A stretch of DNA of 64,000 nucleotides from Haliotis cracherodii. Lineage: Eukaryota. A program made the translations under genes and the position numbers. This document shows, piece after piece, positions 49,804 to 63,545 of this stretch. The notes under the pieces were generated by a model. It was given only the letters and a program-made list of their open reading frames with translations. It ran no database searches and was not told where the DNA came from. Location: positions 18,662,001 to 18,726,000 of the forward strand of contig NW_027266268.1 in assembly GCF_022045235.1 (NCBI RefSeq). The letters are read 5' to 3'. The stretch's first letter is position 1. Every line of letters begins with the position of its first letter.

Positions 49804-50039
49804 GTTTGTTTGTTCGTTGTTTAACGCCGCACTCAGAAATATTCAAGCTATACGACAGCGGTCTGTAAAAAATCGACTCTAGACAAGACAACCCAGTGAT
49901 TGACATCATGACCATCGATCCACGCAATTGGGATACGATGACATGCATCAACCAAGTCAGCGAGCCTGACCTTCCGATCCCGTTAGTCGCCCCTTACTAA
50001 CATCATTACGGCAAGAATTGGTTGCTGAAGACCTATTCT
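49804..50039 (-). mobile_element. SINE-like family A
   Basis: Reverse-complement consensus match. Confidence 0.8.
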
Positions 50040-50749
50040 ACAAAGCACACACATAAATATATAACGCGAGTTTATTTTAGGCTATATTTCAATAGCTATT
50101 TATATCCCATAATCATCATCATTGAAACACAGTTTATCCATAGGCGGTGTAAAGGGACCGAAAGTTGTTCTATCCTACCAGACATAAACATGTTATTGAA
50201 CAGGACCAGTAGCCCCTTTGGTTGGACCAGGGATTAGAGGAGCTAAAAAAACAAGATATACAGAGCTCTTAGAGGGCATAGAGATTATATTCAGGAAGAA
50301 GTGATTTTAGACAGTTACGGAATTTGAATGAGAATACCTTTAGAATTAAGAATGAGCAATATTCAAGAAAATAAAGTGTAATATGTCTAGTGGCATTTAA
50401 CAGTCAATATCTTGTCAGCAGGGGCTGGATCACTTCATGCTGCCAGTCAATGTATTTCCCCTTGACATTAATGATGAGTTGCGTCCTTTTACAGAAAGGC
50501 CAACTGGAGCACTTAATCAACCAATCTCTGATCAAGAAGTTTTGTTCATATACTCAATGCTGCAAATAACAATTTACCAGGACAAGATTGTGCGGCTGCT
50601 GATTTTTGAAAAGCTTCTTGAAGTACCTTATCGGAATCTCGTTTTTAATCACATTAAATCACAGATTCCCCTGTTGCTGGGGTATGGGTATTGTATGTCC
50701 TCTTTTCAAGTCTGGCTGTTGAAATGACCCCAACAGCTATGGGGGTATT

Positions 50750-53660
50750 TCTCTCATAGACTCAACCTGTAAAGCATTTACGTCTATTTTAAACAGCCGT
50801 CTACAAAATTGGTGTGAAAATAATTATATTATCAGAGAACAAGCTGGTTTTAGAGCTCATTACTCCACTGTTGACAATATTGTATTCATTACAGGCTAGA
50901 GTTACAAAATACAGTGGTGGAGAAACAGGCAGAGCTTAATGCCTCTTCATTGACTTTTCCAAGGCATTGGCCACTCTAAGACATAATGTTCTGCACACTC
51001 TGTGTGAAGTTGATATTAAGGGTATATGTTTGGATATAGTCACATCAATGTATAATACTGTATCTGCTTGTGTTAGAACCTCTAAAGGTATATCTAACTG
51101 GACCCATGAAGATCTGGGGTAGAATAGGTCTCTTCAACAACCCATGCTTGCCGTAAAAGGCGACTATGTTTATCGTTTATGTTTATCGACTAACGGGATC
51201 GGGTGGTCGGGCTCGCTGACTTGGTTGATGCATGTCATCGTATCCTAATGGCGTGGATTGATGGTCATGATGCCAATCACTGGATTGTCTGGTCCAAATT
51301 CAATTATTTACAGACCACCGTCATATACATGTAGCTGGAATATTGCGGAGTGTGGCATTAAACAACAAACTAAACTTAGTGTTTTACAATCACTGGATGA
51401 TCTGCTCCAGACTCGATTATTTACAGACCGTTAAACAAGAAACAAACAAACAGACCTGTAACATTAGCACCCATCAATGATGTGTTTTAAGTCCACAAAT
51501 ATATATTATATTGATAAACAAGTTAGGTACCCATATGGAAAGAGAGAGTGGTTAAGGTGGTACTGTCATATCTTCTATTAATAACTTGTGCTTCCGTATG
51601 TTTACTGATGATGTCTCAGAAATGTCCGACACCTGTTCACAACTTCAGAAGGATAACTGAACTAGAGTGAGTGAATGAGTGAGTTGGCCATGGGTTTAAC
51701 GCCGCTTTTGACAGTATTCCAGTTATATCACTGCGTGTAACTGAACTAGAAGGTTCTTGTGAACATATTGGCATGAGAGTGAATTTGAATAAGACTAAGA
51801 TTATTACGTTTAAAATGGTGGTCCCTTAAGGTCATATGAAAAGTGGTTTTACGCTGGTACACCTATAGAAACAGTATCGTTATATGAATACCTGGCACTT
51901 ATATTCACACCAAAGTTAATCTGAAGCAAAGCTCAGACCTGTCGTGTATCCCAAGCAAATAAGGCAATATTTTCAGTAAAATATTTATATCATCAGTTGT
52001 CCAGATCTATTTAAGATATTTGACTGAATAATAACACCTATTCTATGTTATGGTTCGAAAATATGCGAAACACATATTTTAATACTATTGCTATGTACAT
52101 ATTAAATTTTGTAAAACTTGTTTCAAGGTTGGGAAATCAACCTTGTAATAATATTGTTCTATTGGAATGTGGAAGAGTGCCTTTGCAGTTTGTATGTGTG
52201 ACAAAGGCAAATAGGTATTGGCACAGAATATTACAGGTTATTAGAAAATAACAGGCTACCAAAACAAAGTAATATTATGTTAAAATATTTGGACGCTGTT
52301 GGCTGTAATACATTGTCAACACAAATAAGAAATATTCTGTTTAAATTTGGATTTGGCGTTACCTGGAATAGTCGGGAATTAGGAAACCAAGGATCCTCCA
52401 TTGCACTTTTTAAGCAAAACTCACGTGATAATCTCTTCCAGTCATGGCAAGCATCCATACGTGGGCATTAGTGTTTTTAACAATAACCAGTTTAAATCAC
52501 TTAAACTATTGAAAGGTATTAAAGCATACAATGTAGGTGACCTTCCTCAACATTTCAGAATATCCTATTCAATCTGATGTTCCAATTTCAAGCTTAAAGG
52601 TTTTATTGCTGTTGAAGTTGAATTTTCTATGTATGTCACTCCAACTCTGAATTGGGAAACAAGTTCATTGTGAAATATTTTAGTAAATATCGTAATTAAC
52701 AAATTTATTTCTATCATGAAGAGTAAGAACATTGGCGTTATCAGAATTGTCAGTCTATTCCTATATCATGTAAACATAAAAGAAGAAACACCCAATTGTA
52801 ACCATGATGTGCGCTTGTATGATGATACTTTTATATGTATTTTGGGCCGGAGCCTTGTACTGTTTAAAACTGTCCAAAGAGGTTTTTGTTGACAACAGAT
52901 AAAAAATCTGAGAAAAAAAATATATGTAAATTCATTTGGATTGCCAGAATTAAATCATAGGTACATGTACGGAATATCAATGTCATCAATGTCATCAAAT
53001 GTCATCTTACACTCGTCACGAAGAAGTTGACAGTTCGATTCTCTATATGAATCTGGGGTTACGATACTATAGATAACATTGAAAAGCTTCACTTATACTT
53101 GCTGAAACTAACTGTTGGTCTTCGGCAATTTACTTACTATATTAATGGTGAATTAGGAGCATTCCTTGTTAATAATATTAAAATAGCTACAAAATGTTTG
53201 CATACTGATATAATTTAGAAACAGTTACTTACCAATTTAAGTTGTCTTCATGCGTTAAAAAATTAGACAGCACTATTACATTCTCTCATAATGTCGACAA
53301 TGTTACGTCACATTAAGCATATTCTGAACAACTGTGGTTTACCTTACATCTTTGATAACCCTAGTTCTGTATCCAAACAATGGCTAGTCTCTTCTGTGGA
53401 GGCAACGCCAAAAGTACAGTCATACAGCAGTTCAGAGACAATATTAATAAAGCTCTAAAGGTAATTATTATAAATTGTCAAAAGATGTCCTATCTTTTGA
53501 AATATTCCTTCTTTTTTCTAAAAACATTTCATATCCAATTATGACATTTAGGACTTTTAACCTTCATTTACCTGGAGATACTGGCCGCTGGGAAAAAATA
53601 AAAAACATACCTAGAGAATTTAGAAGATGTCATCTATGCAACTCGCCAGCAATGGAATAA
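50750..53660 (+). mobile_element. Highly decayed LINE RT remnants (CR1/L2-like), interrupted by SINE A (~51101-51372); probably two overlapping remnants
   Basis: Broken motifs EQAGFRAHYSTVDNI, FIDFSKA, MFTDD, ILCYGS, ECGRVPL and later TGRWEKIKNIPREFRRCHLCN. Confidence 0.65.
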
Positions 53661-54159
53661 AGTTTATAGTACTGATGTATGGTTTGGGCAGATTATTTCG
53701 GTTAACATACTGGAAAAACGTCAAGCGAAAATGCGCTGACATGACGTTTTGATGCTATAGATTATTTCGCAAAAAATAGAAACAATGGAATGAACTGTAT
53801 GGACAGATTTAAGCCGAATCTTAGAGCACACACGATTTACGCAAAGCATATCATAAATAGGTAAAACACGTTTTATACGGGGTATTTCAATCAGACAACC
53901 AATAAGACAGCTGAGTATTTTGTTTTGGTTTGTATTGATAAAATTAACGTGCTATGTACATCTACTTTTCTCAGTGCATCCAAGTAGTTTCCCACACCTC
54001 GACATACACTGTTCACTATCTGTTTGGTCACGTGTACCAACACACAATGTAATAACTGGTGATTTAGACACCTGTATCATGATATGGTTTGCATATGCCA
54101 ATATATATCTTTAGTTTGTTGTGTGCGGTCACGTTGCTATGGGCCATGGAATGGAACAG

Positions 54160-56335
54160 TGGGAGTATATGGTGAAGTAAGTTGTATTGGTGTAGAGTAA
54201 ATGGTTAAGTAGGCTGTGTTTATATTGAGCACAATGGTGAAGTAAGTTGTTTTCGTGTAGAGTATATGGTTAAGTAAGTTGTGTTTTTGTAGAGTATATG
54301 GTTAAGTAGGCTGCGTTTATGTGGAGTATATGGTGAAGTAAGTGTGTTTGTGTAGAGTATATGGTTAAGTAGGCTGTGTTTATGTGGAGTATATAGTGAA
54401 GTAAGTGTGTTTGTGTGGAGTACATGGTTAAGTAGGCTGTGTTTATGTGGAGTATATGGTGAAGTAAGTGTGTTTCTGTAGAGTATATGGTTAAGTAGGC
54501 TCGTTTATGCGGAGTATATGGTGAAGTAAGTGTGTTTGTGTGGAGTACATGGTTAAGTAGGCTGTGTTTATGTGGAGTATATGGTGAAGTAAGTGTGTTT
54601 GTGTAGAGTATATGGTTGGCTCTGTTTATGTGGAGTATATGGTGAAGTAAGTGTGTTTGTGTAGAGTATATGGTTAAGTAAGTTGTGTTTGTGTGGAGTA
54701 TATGGTTAAGTAGGCTGTGTTTATGTGGAGTATATGGTGAAGTAAGTGTGTTTGTGTGGAGTATATGGTTAAGTAGGCTGCGTTTATGTGGAGTATATGG
54801 TGAAGTAAGTGTGTTTGTGTGGAGTATATGGTTAAGTAGGCTGTGTTTATGTGGAGTATATGGTGAAGTAAGTGTGTTTGTGTGGAGTATATGGTTAAGT
54901 AGGCTGCGTTTATGTGGAGTATATGGTGAAGTAAGTGTGTTTGTGTGGAGTATATGGTTAAGTAGGCTGTGTTTATGTGGAATATATGGTGAAGTTAGTG
55001 TGTTTGTGTGGAGTACATGGTTAAGTAGGCTGCGTTTATGTGGAGTATATGGTGAAGTAAGTGTGTTTGTGTGGAGTATATGGTTAAGTAGGCTGTGTTT
55101 ATGTGGAGTATATAGTGAAGTAAGTGTGTTTGTGTGGAGTACATGGTTAAGTAGGCTGTGTTTATGTGGAGTATATGGTGAAGTAAGTGTGTTTCTGTAG
55201 AGTATATGGTTAAGTAGGCTCGTTTATGCGGAGTATATGGTGAAGTAAGTGTGTTTGTGTAGAGTATATGGTTAAGTAGGCTGTGTTTATGTTGAGTATA
55301 TGGTGAAGTAAGTGTGTTTGTGTAGAGTATATGGTTGGCTCTGTTTATGTGGAGTATATGGTGAAGTAAGTGTGTTTGTGTAGAGTATATGGTTAAGTAG
55401 GCTCGTTTATGCGGAGTATATGGTGAAGTAAGTGTGTTTGTGTAGAGTATATGGTTAAGTAGGCTGTGTTTATGTTGAGTATATGGTGAAGTAAGTTGTG
55501 GTTGTGTAGAGTACATGGTTAAGTAGGCTGTGTTTATGTGGAATATATGGTGAAGTAAGTTGTGGTTGTGTAGAGTATATGGTTAAGTAGGCTGTGTTTA
55601 TGTGGAATATATGCTGAAGTAAGTTGTGTTTGTGTAGAGTATATGGTTAAGTAAGTTGTGTTTGTGTGGAGTATATGGTTAAGTAGGCTGTGTTTATGTG
55701 GAGTATATGGTGAAGTAAGTGTGTTTGTGTGGAGTATATGGTTAAGTAGGCTGTGTTTATGTGGAGTATATGGTGAAGTAAGTGTGTTTGTGTGGAGTAT
55801 ATGGTTAAGTAGGCTGTGTTTATGTGGAGTATATGGTGAAGTAAGTGTGTTTGTGTGGAGTATATGGTTAAGTAGGCTGCGTTTATGTGGAGTATATGGT
55901 GAAGTAAGTGTGTTTGTGTGGAGTATATGGTTAAGTAGGCTGTGTTTATGTGGAATATATGGTGAAGTAAGTGTGTTTGTGTGGAGTATATGGTTAAGTA
56001 GGCTCGTTTATGTGGAGTATATGGTGAAGTAAGTGTGTTTGTGTGGAGTATATGGTTAAGTAGGCTGTGTTTATGTGGAATATATGCTGAAGTAAGTTGT
56101 GTTTGTGTAGAGTATATGGTTAAGTAGGCTGTGTTTATGTGGAGTATATGGTGAAGTAAGTTGTGGTTGTGTAGAGTATATGGTTAAGTAGGCTGTGTTT
56201 ATGTGGAGTATATGGTGAAGCAAAATGTATTTATATGGTTAAGCATTTTATGTTTATGTGGAGTATGTGGTGAAGCTGGTTGTGTTTTTGTAGAGTACAA
56301 GGTTAAGTAGACTTTGTTTATGTAGAGGATATGGT
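54160..56335 (+). repeat. 63-bp satellite (32+31-bp dimer: gtggagtatatggttaagtaggctgtgtttat + gtggagtatatggtgaagtaagtgtgtttgt)
   Basis: Direct periodicity over ~2.2 kb with degenerate edges. Confidence 0.97.
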
Positions 56336-56971
56336 CACAAAAAAGCGTCATGAATAAAGAAATACTTCAAGTGATAAGCCTTTTCGCAAACATAAAAAAA
56401 CAATGGAATAATTGGCGAGCCAACAAGCTAACAAAGTGTCGTCTTTTCTCAATTTTAGTTTATAAAAAAGAAACTGTCATGAAATAACACTTAAAGTCCC
56501 CCGTCCACCAAAAGGCTCTTGGCTTACAACTTAATTATCTCAGGGCAGATACTCCATGATTCCTCGTAGCCCGTAGGTTGTTCTCTACATATTGCAGTGA
56601 AGCTTCCTCTCATTAGAACATGTCACTGGTACTAATTACTAATCATCGAACAGAAATCTTCGTTCGAAATATCTTCCAAGTGAACAATTAACTTTACATG
56701 AATCTTCTTATATTTAGGAGTTTGATCGGTAGGTAGCCTTGTTCCGTTTAATGCTTCCTTTTAAGTCTCATTTCATGTAACGCTATAATAGCCCAGGGGT
56801 ATGTATGGGGTTGGTCTTTTCTAATGAGTACTTCCTTAATCCTACTTTAAAATCCTTAACAACTCCCAATTACGCCATATTGCCTAAGGCGTCATTTAAC
56901 ATTTGATTGCCTCATACGCATATAAGCCGTGATTTGCAACCACTGATCATCATTCGATCCCATCTTCCACA

Positions 56972-59885
56972 ATGGTCTTCATCATCTGTTTAGCGGCTCT
57001 TCTGGTTGTGGCGAAAGCCAATAATTTTGGTAATTATATTCATGCTTTGCAGTATATGTTTACAAAGTTGGAACAGATCTTGGAACTGTTAGGCTTCAGA
57101 TATCGTATATACAAGGCACACTGAACTCCTTGGGTGTCGTAGATACAAAATACGCTTAAGTATGGTTAACAAATCTTTAAACCATTTATACTTCGATTCC
57201 AATTATGCAAATTAACGATTTTAAAACAGTGCGTTCAACACTAATTTTTCTTTTGCATACCCAGGCTACAACATCGCCCTGAACCGCCCCACCGGCTCCA
57301 GTAGTGTCTTCGTCAACGGTGTGCCCCCCATCACCGCCAACTCAAACCTCGCCGTCGACGGGAACTTCAACTCCGACTTCTTTGGCGGCTCATGTTTCTC
57401 TAGCGCTGATGTGGCGACAGATCCCAACCCCTTCTGGTTCGTGGATCTGGGTGCCCGCCGCTACGTGTCCGGCCTCACCCTCACCAACAGGGGCGACTGT
57501 TGCGGTAAGTTAAAGACTCTACAGCTATACCAGTTGACATTGCCATTCTGGAATCCCTTAGATATATTATAATTCTAAACACATCCGCCACAAAGAATTC
57601 CTAACTCACCCATTGATAGAAATAAGCTCAGCAAAAAGTTCTTATAAGATTTTGATAATGACAAGAATAAATTCCAAATATTCAGCGTAGGTGTCTTTCA
57701 TCAACAATAGCTGTATTTGAACACATGAGTTCCTTATCCACATCCATATCTATGTCCATTTGTCAAGGGGGCACAGGTGTCCCAGTCGTCTGAGGCGCCA
57801 CGATTCGCTGTGCAGAGTTGCCTCCCTTGGGCACGTCAGAAACCTATGATTGTGGGTTCGAATTCATGTCGCCCCGATTATGTTTCTAGGTTTGTCAGCA
57901 CCATACCCGTGCTCGTTGGTTTCACCGAAGTGGTAAACGTGTGAGACCTAAATCACTTGGGGCTTTCCTCCCACATTAAGCTGACACGCTGTAATATAAC
58001 TTGAATAATGTTAAAAGCGGCGTTAAACCCAACTCACTCACTCACTTTATTTGTCAAACATATATACTTACAAACCCACTTGATGACATCATATTGCCTC
58101 ACCAGAACAATGAACAATCGATAAACAATCACTTGTCAAATATCCTGCACAAAAACACTTTGGGATGATGCATACCCTCTTGGATATTTCTGTTGTGAAG
58201 AATGAGCACGCTAACGCATTGTGGTCAATATATTACAAAGATGTCTTTCAATCTTTATTTTTAACGTAAGAATTTTACTTTGAGAAGTATGCACTCCTTG
58301 ACCGCACTAGCAAAAGCATCTAGTGACTAGAATCGACATTTAATCAACGATATGTGCAACATGCTGTTGTGCTATTGAAATTTGAAGAAGGGCATTGTCT
58401 GTGTTGCAGCTGATCGTCTGAGTGGTCTGATGATCGAAGTCTTTGAGTTCAATCCCACCACCAGTTCCGAGACTCCCGAGTTCTGCTCCATGGTCATTGG
58501 TGGAGTGGCCCTTGGTCAGACTGTTTCACTCTCCTGCTCTCCGATGGTGACTGGACGTTACGTCCGTATCAGGAAACCCGCCGCCACCGCCCCTCTCACC
58601 ATCTGCGAGGTCGTTGTTTCCGGAGGCAACTTCAATAGTATGTACCCTTTGTCCTATATGAAACCTTTTACATTCAAATTCAGTGATAGTACTACCATAC
58701 TATGTATGCGAGTCCTATAATGTATTTACACGGTAATCAGTTATGTATATTACTCAAACAGAGAGGGAAGAGTAATCTTAAGAATATAATTGTTTTTTTC
58801 TTGTCCATATATTATCATATGGATGTGATTTCAAAACGTGGAAAACTTGATCAGTCGAATTGGACCTTCACATCCATTTGAAGTCAGGCATGCTCTACAC
58901 AAAGCCCGTTATTAATATCAACTCTTTTTTCATATTTCAGATAAATTTAATAAATTTCCCTCCACCAACGTCGCTGTGAATCGCCCAGCGCGCGCTACCT
59001 CTCAGTTTACTTTCGCTGCCGCCAACCTGGTTGCCTCCCCTGGCCTGGCTGTGGACGGCAACTTTGACAGCCAGTTCGTCACCGGAAGAAGCTGTTACTC
59101 CAGCGCCATTGGCGACACAAACCCAACCTTATACATCGACCTCGGCGCCTACTACTACATCAGCTCCGTCACCGTCACCAACAGGGGCGACTGTTGTGGT
59201 GAGCATTTTCACGTTGTGTTCTTGTGTTCCTTAAGATACATTTCTCCACGCTGGAAATACACATCAAAAGTAGTAAAAATGCTTATTTAGGTTCAGCAAT
59301 ATGTGTGTGTTTGAGTTGGGCGTAACGCGGTATTGATCAGTATTCCGTCATACCACGGCGTGTCAGCTAAAGATTGTAGTGAAGCCCGAAGTGATGCAGG
59401 CCTCAGACGTTTACAACTCTCGTGAAACGTGACCATTATGATACATGTTAATATATTTGAGGAGTACACAGTAATTATTTATACATGTCTTCTGATACGA
59501 AATGAGCATTTTCTTTACAATTCCAGCTGAACGCCTGCGCAACATCAACATCGAAACTCTTCTGAAAGACCCCTACAGGTACCTGGAGTTCCCTAAACTT
59601 TGCGGCACCATCACTGGCAACGTCGCTGCAGGAGCTAACTTCACTGTCAACTGCTTTGCGCCCAATGTAGCCCGCTACATCAAGATCCAGAAAACCAGTA
59701 TGGTTGACAGCAATGATCTCTTGACCCTCTGTGAAGTTCAAGTAACCGGAAGGTTCGCATCCCACAGCGAGATCACCAACAAATCTGTTGACAACGACGT
59801 TTCTCAGGCTCTGGTAGCCAACGGAATTATTTCCAGTGTTGAAACCAATGATAACTTGAGTGGCGGGAATCGGGCTGTTAATTAA
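56972..59885 (+). CDS. Secreted two-domain F-type lectin, gene T3, 380 aa
   Basis: Exons 56972-57029, 57265-57504, 58410-58637, 58941-59198, 59527-59885; all GT-AG phase 1; 1143 nt in frame. Confidence 0.92.
57767..58045 (+). mobile_element. tRNA-derived SINE family B in intron 2 of T3
   Basis: Consensus match; TSD atttgtcaa. Confidence 0.85.
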
Positions 59886-60401
59886 TCTCAAGTTAACAAT
59901 GAAAGTCAGTTGTAATGTTTAGTTTCTGAAACCAACTCAGCGAAAGCATTATGCCCTACCCATTAAAAAATACTAGGAAGAGTGACTCAGTCAAAATCTT
60001 CCCTCTCCGTTCTGTGTAAAGTGTAATCACAAAATGGCTGAAATATTGCCGGAGAAAATCACTCACTCATTGTGTACAATTTAGATTTGTTAATTATTGT
60101 TTTGTAATGACAAAGGTAAAGTCTGAATTAATCTGATAAAACACAAGGGACACTAAGGAAGCATTCAGATATGCTACTTAGGTACAATCGCCGAATTGAG
60201 AAATTTGATAAAATAACTGTTCATTTAAATGACCATTATTTATTGTTGTTGCAGCCATGTGCATCAATATTTGTGAAGGTTTGTTTGTTCTCCTATACAA
60301 AATTATTAAAGAACCCCGATATTGATAACAGCCATCTTCGTGATTTGTTTGTCATCACCCCGTGAGAATCCCGGGCTAGATATGTTGACTTGCAGCCTGG
60401 T

Positions 60402-60672
60402 GACCCGTGAAGATCCGGGGTAGAATAGGTCTTCAGCAACCCATGCTTGCCGTAAAAGGCGACTATGCTCGTCGAAAGAGGCGACTAACTGGATCGGGTG
60501 GTCAGGCCCGCTGACTTGGTTGATGCATATCATCGATCCCAATTGCGTGGATCGATGTTCATGATGTCAATCACTGGATTGTCTGGTCCACACTCGGTTA
60601 TTTACAGACCGCCGTCATATAGATGGAATACTGCTTAGTGTAGCGTTAAACAATTAACCAACCAACCAACCA
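60402..60672 (+). mobile_element. SINE-like family A, full length
   Basis: Consensus match; TSD acttgca(g/a)cctgg (60388-60400 / 60673-60685). Confidence 0.88.
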
Positions 60673-61592
60673 ACTTGCAACCTGGGCATAACGAATCGCG
60701 TTGTCGGTAACTTGGTTGATTGTTCGCCATCGTACCCCGAAGGTGTCGGTCATGATATCAATCAATGGTTTGTGTGGTAAATGAGTGCCTGCCACCTGTT
60801 GGTATTTTGATTCCTGTTTGCAAATGCTGTATGATTATTTCATTTATGTAAGTCACTGAAGTGTACGAGTGTAAAATTGAAAACGTCAATGCGAGATAAG
60901 AACCAGTCTCGATTATCCACAAAAAACCCATTGGGCGTAAAAGATAAATCAACAAAGAAATAAGATAAAAATTATATGAATGGAGCACTCAAAAACAGTG
61001 ATGACACCAGGTGTTCGAGAAACGGGAAGGATGTCCTGCCCTATCGATATCACCCGCCACTCACACCATTTGCAGAAAAAAGTAAGTTTTACTCGAGCTA
61101 CTAACCTCGATCATCCATCGTAAAAGGCAAAATGGCAGTAAACTTTATATGAATGGATCAGTGATAGCACCGGGTGTTCGCGATTCCTGTCCAACGGATT
61201 CTGCCACTCACAAATGTGCATAAAAGTAAACGTTTGTTGCCCGACAACGCTAGCCTCCACACAAGCCTGATATGATTGGCCAGACAATTCAGGAACACGA
61301 TAGGACATTTACTAATTGATATGCTGACGATGTGAAAATGTAAAAAGGATTGCTTGACACTAAATTATATATTACAACATGAATACTGTAATCAATCTCA
61401 TTGGCTCCCCTTCCAGCCAAGCCCACTCGCACACATTTGGACAAATACACCGTCACTGTACCATTGCAGATGACATACAGCTATTTGTCTTCAGAGATTT
61501 TCTGAGACTTCTGATGCAAACGTGTTCGCTTTGACCATAAATTATAACATGCTTTTGCATGTATTCCTTTTCTATAATATACATGTGTTAGT

Positions 61593-61823
61593 AGGTGAGG
61601 TGAAATTTGGTTTAACGTCGCGTCCAAAATTATTGCATGCACGTGTTTGTGGCTGCTTGTACTAGTCCGGACTAGTCCTTGTTTTAGCCCCTAATGCCGA
61701 GCGCCAGACAGGGTAACAACAAGTACCATCTTTTAACGTCTTTTGGTATGACGCGGCCGGGGATCGAACCTCGGACCTTCCGCTCTCCGGGGGGAAGCTC
61801 TACCACAAGACCACGGATGCGGT
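61593..61823 (-). mobile_element. tRNA-derived SINE family C (internally deleted)
   Basis: Reverse-complement match; TSD tacatgtgtt; empty paralogous site near 49696. Confidence 0.82.
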
Positions 61824-62183
61824 TACATGTGTTTGTAATACATTTAAGCTCTTTTGAGAGAATCAGGCCTTACTGGCTGGACACACAGTAATGTGACCTT
61901 GTTGAACGCAAGTATTTGAAGCCTAAGTTATTTCATCTTTTACATTGAAAGGTACACTCATCAATACATACCATGAGATTATTTTAGAATGTATTTCAAC
62001 TATAACTTTTCAGCCCCCTATAATCATTACCATTGAGCCACTGTTTGTACATGCATGAAGGAAAGAGGATGAAAGTGGTTCAAAATGGAATAGTTTCTGT
62101 GGCAAGAGATAAATCTGATAAAAACGAATACGTATTCTTTGAGTGAGTTCACAGGGATTGACAAATTAACAGATTTATGCCCC

Positions 62184-62752
62184 CACTACGACCACGAATA
62201 TCCCGAATCACCCCGAATAGGAAAGTTTTCATGTTTGTAGATAAATCTCAATCATTTCTTGAAGTTTATTGAAGAATCTTATTTGATTCCCAAACATTCG
62301 TACAGTTCGTGGGAGTTCGTCGAATCGGCGACAAACACGTTGTTTGTCATGTTTGTTCTCTAATTGCAATTTCGTGGCTGTATCGTAATCCATTCGTAAT
62401 TAATTCGTATGTTCAGTAACAGCTTCGTAGTAATCAATTCTTTTGCATTCTTGGCTATTCTTAGCGATTTATGGCTCCCCCAATTTCTTGTCGTCAACCC
62501 GAGAACAACCCGAAACAGCCACGAATGTCCCGAGTCAACTACGAATCATGTAAGAATTAAGTAAGAACATTTGGCATATTCATAACTTAGTCGTAGGTAA
62601 TGCTTACAGTTCGTACTTGTTTCTTAACCCATTCCTGGCATTCTTCATATTTTCAACCCGATTAGCCACGAAAGTTTGCATTATTATCCGAATCCTCACG
62701 AATTTTGAAAGTTTCCGATTCGGGGTGATTCGGGATATTCGTGGTCGTAGTG
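62184..62752. mobile_element. MITE-like element with ~45-bp terminal inverted repeats
   Basis: cactacgaccacgaatatcccgaatcaccccgaat ... attcggggtgattcgggatattcgtggtcgtagtg; many internal cgaat/attcg subrepeats; no TSD recognised. Confidence 0.78.
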
Positions 62753-63366
62753 AAATTGAAATATCGTTTTCCTCATGTAGTCGAGCGGTTGGGTAGCCGG
62801 GGGTAAAAGCACTCACTCGCCACACCGAAGTTCAAAGTTGGATACAGTAAGCCAATGTCGGGTGCTTCCCCACCCCGTGATATTGTAGGTTAGTGTTGTA
62901 AAGAGGTAAACATGAAACGTCAACACCAGAGAATAGTCAGTCACGAATACCTGACAAACAGATTCCATAGGGCCTGAAGGACAAAATAGTGGTGAACATT
63001 ATATAAATAGATCAGTGAAAATCAGGGATGATACCAGAGGTTCGCGAAACCTATACAGTCCCACTAATGATATATTCACGTTGCCAACAGTAGCCGTAAG
63101 AATTCTGTTCCCTATGAAATAGAATATTCTGTCACAATACCTACCAAGTGATAAGGTTAAGATGAGCAGTTGTCTAGTTCAAGGTTTTAAATATGGTCAA
63201 TCTCATGATCAATCAAATCAAATCAGTATCACTGAATTGTCTGCACCTTTCCTCTTGCACCCTCTTACATGGGAATACACCCCCTCTGCACTGTTCATCC
63301 CTCGACCTGAGAAAACGTATGTCATGTAACGAACTCGTTTCTTTCTTCTCCTGTCCCCTCATGAAT

Positions 63367-63545
63367 GTTTGTTTGTTTGTTGTTTAACGCCGCACTCAGC
63401 AATATTCCAGCTATCTGTAAATAATCGAGTCTGAACCAGAAAACAACAACATTGATTGGCATCATGAGCATCGATCTACGCAATTGAGATACGATGACAT
63501 GCATCAACAAAGTCAGCGAGCCTAACCACACGATACCGTTGGTCG
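63367..63545 (-). mobile_element. SINE-like family A, truncated
   Basis: Reverse-complement consensus match. Confidence 0.75.

Noticed and set aside
54685-56032. Repetitive ORFs (VWSIWLSRLCLCGVYGEVSVF)n and their antisense
   Set aside because: By-product of a 63-bp period; units carry frameshifting indels and stops
62184-62752. CACTA/EnSpm assignment because the TIR starts CACTA
   Set aside because: No matching short TSD (ccc versus aaa flanks); true termini uncertain
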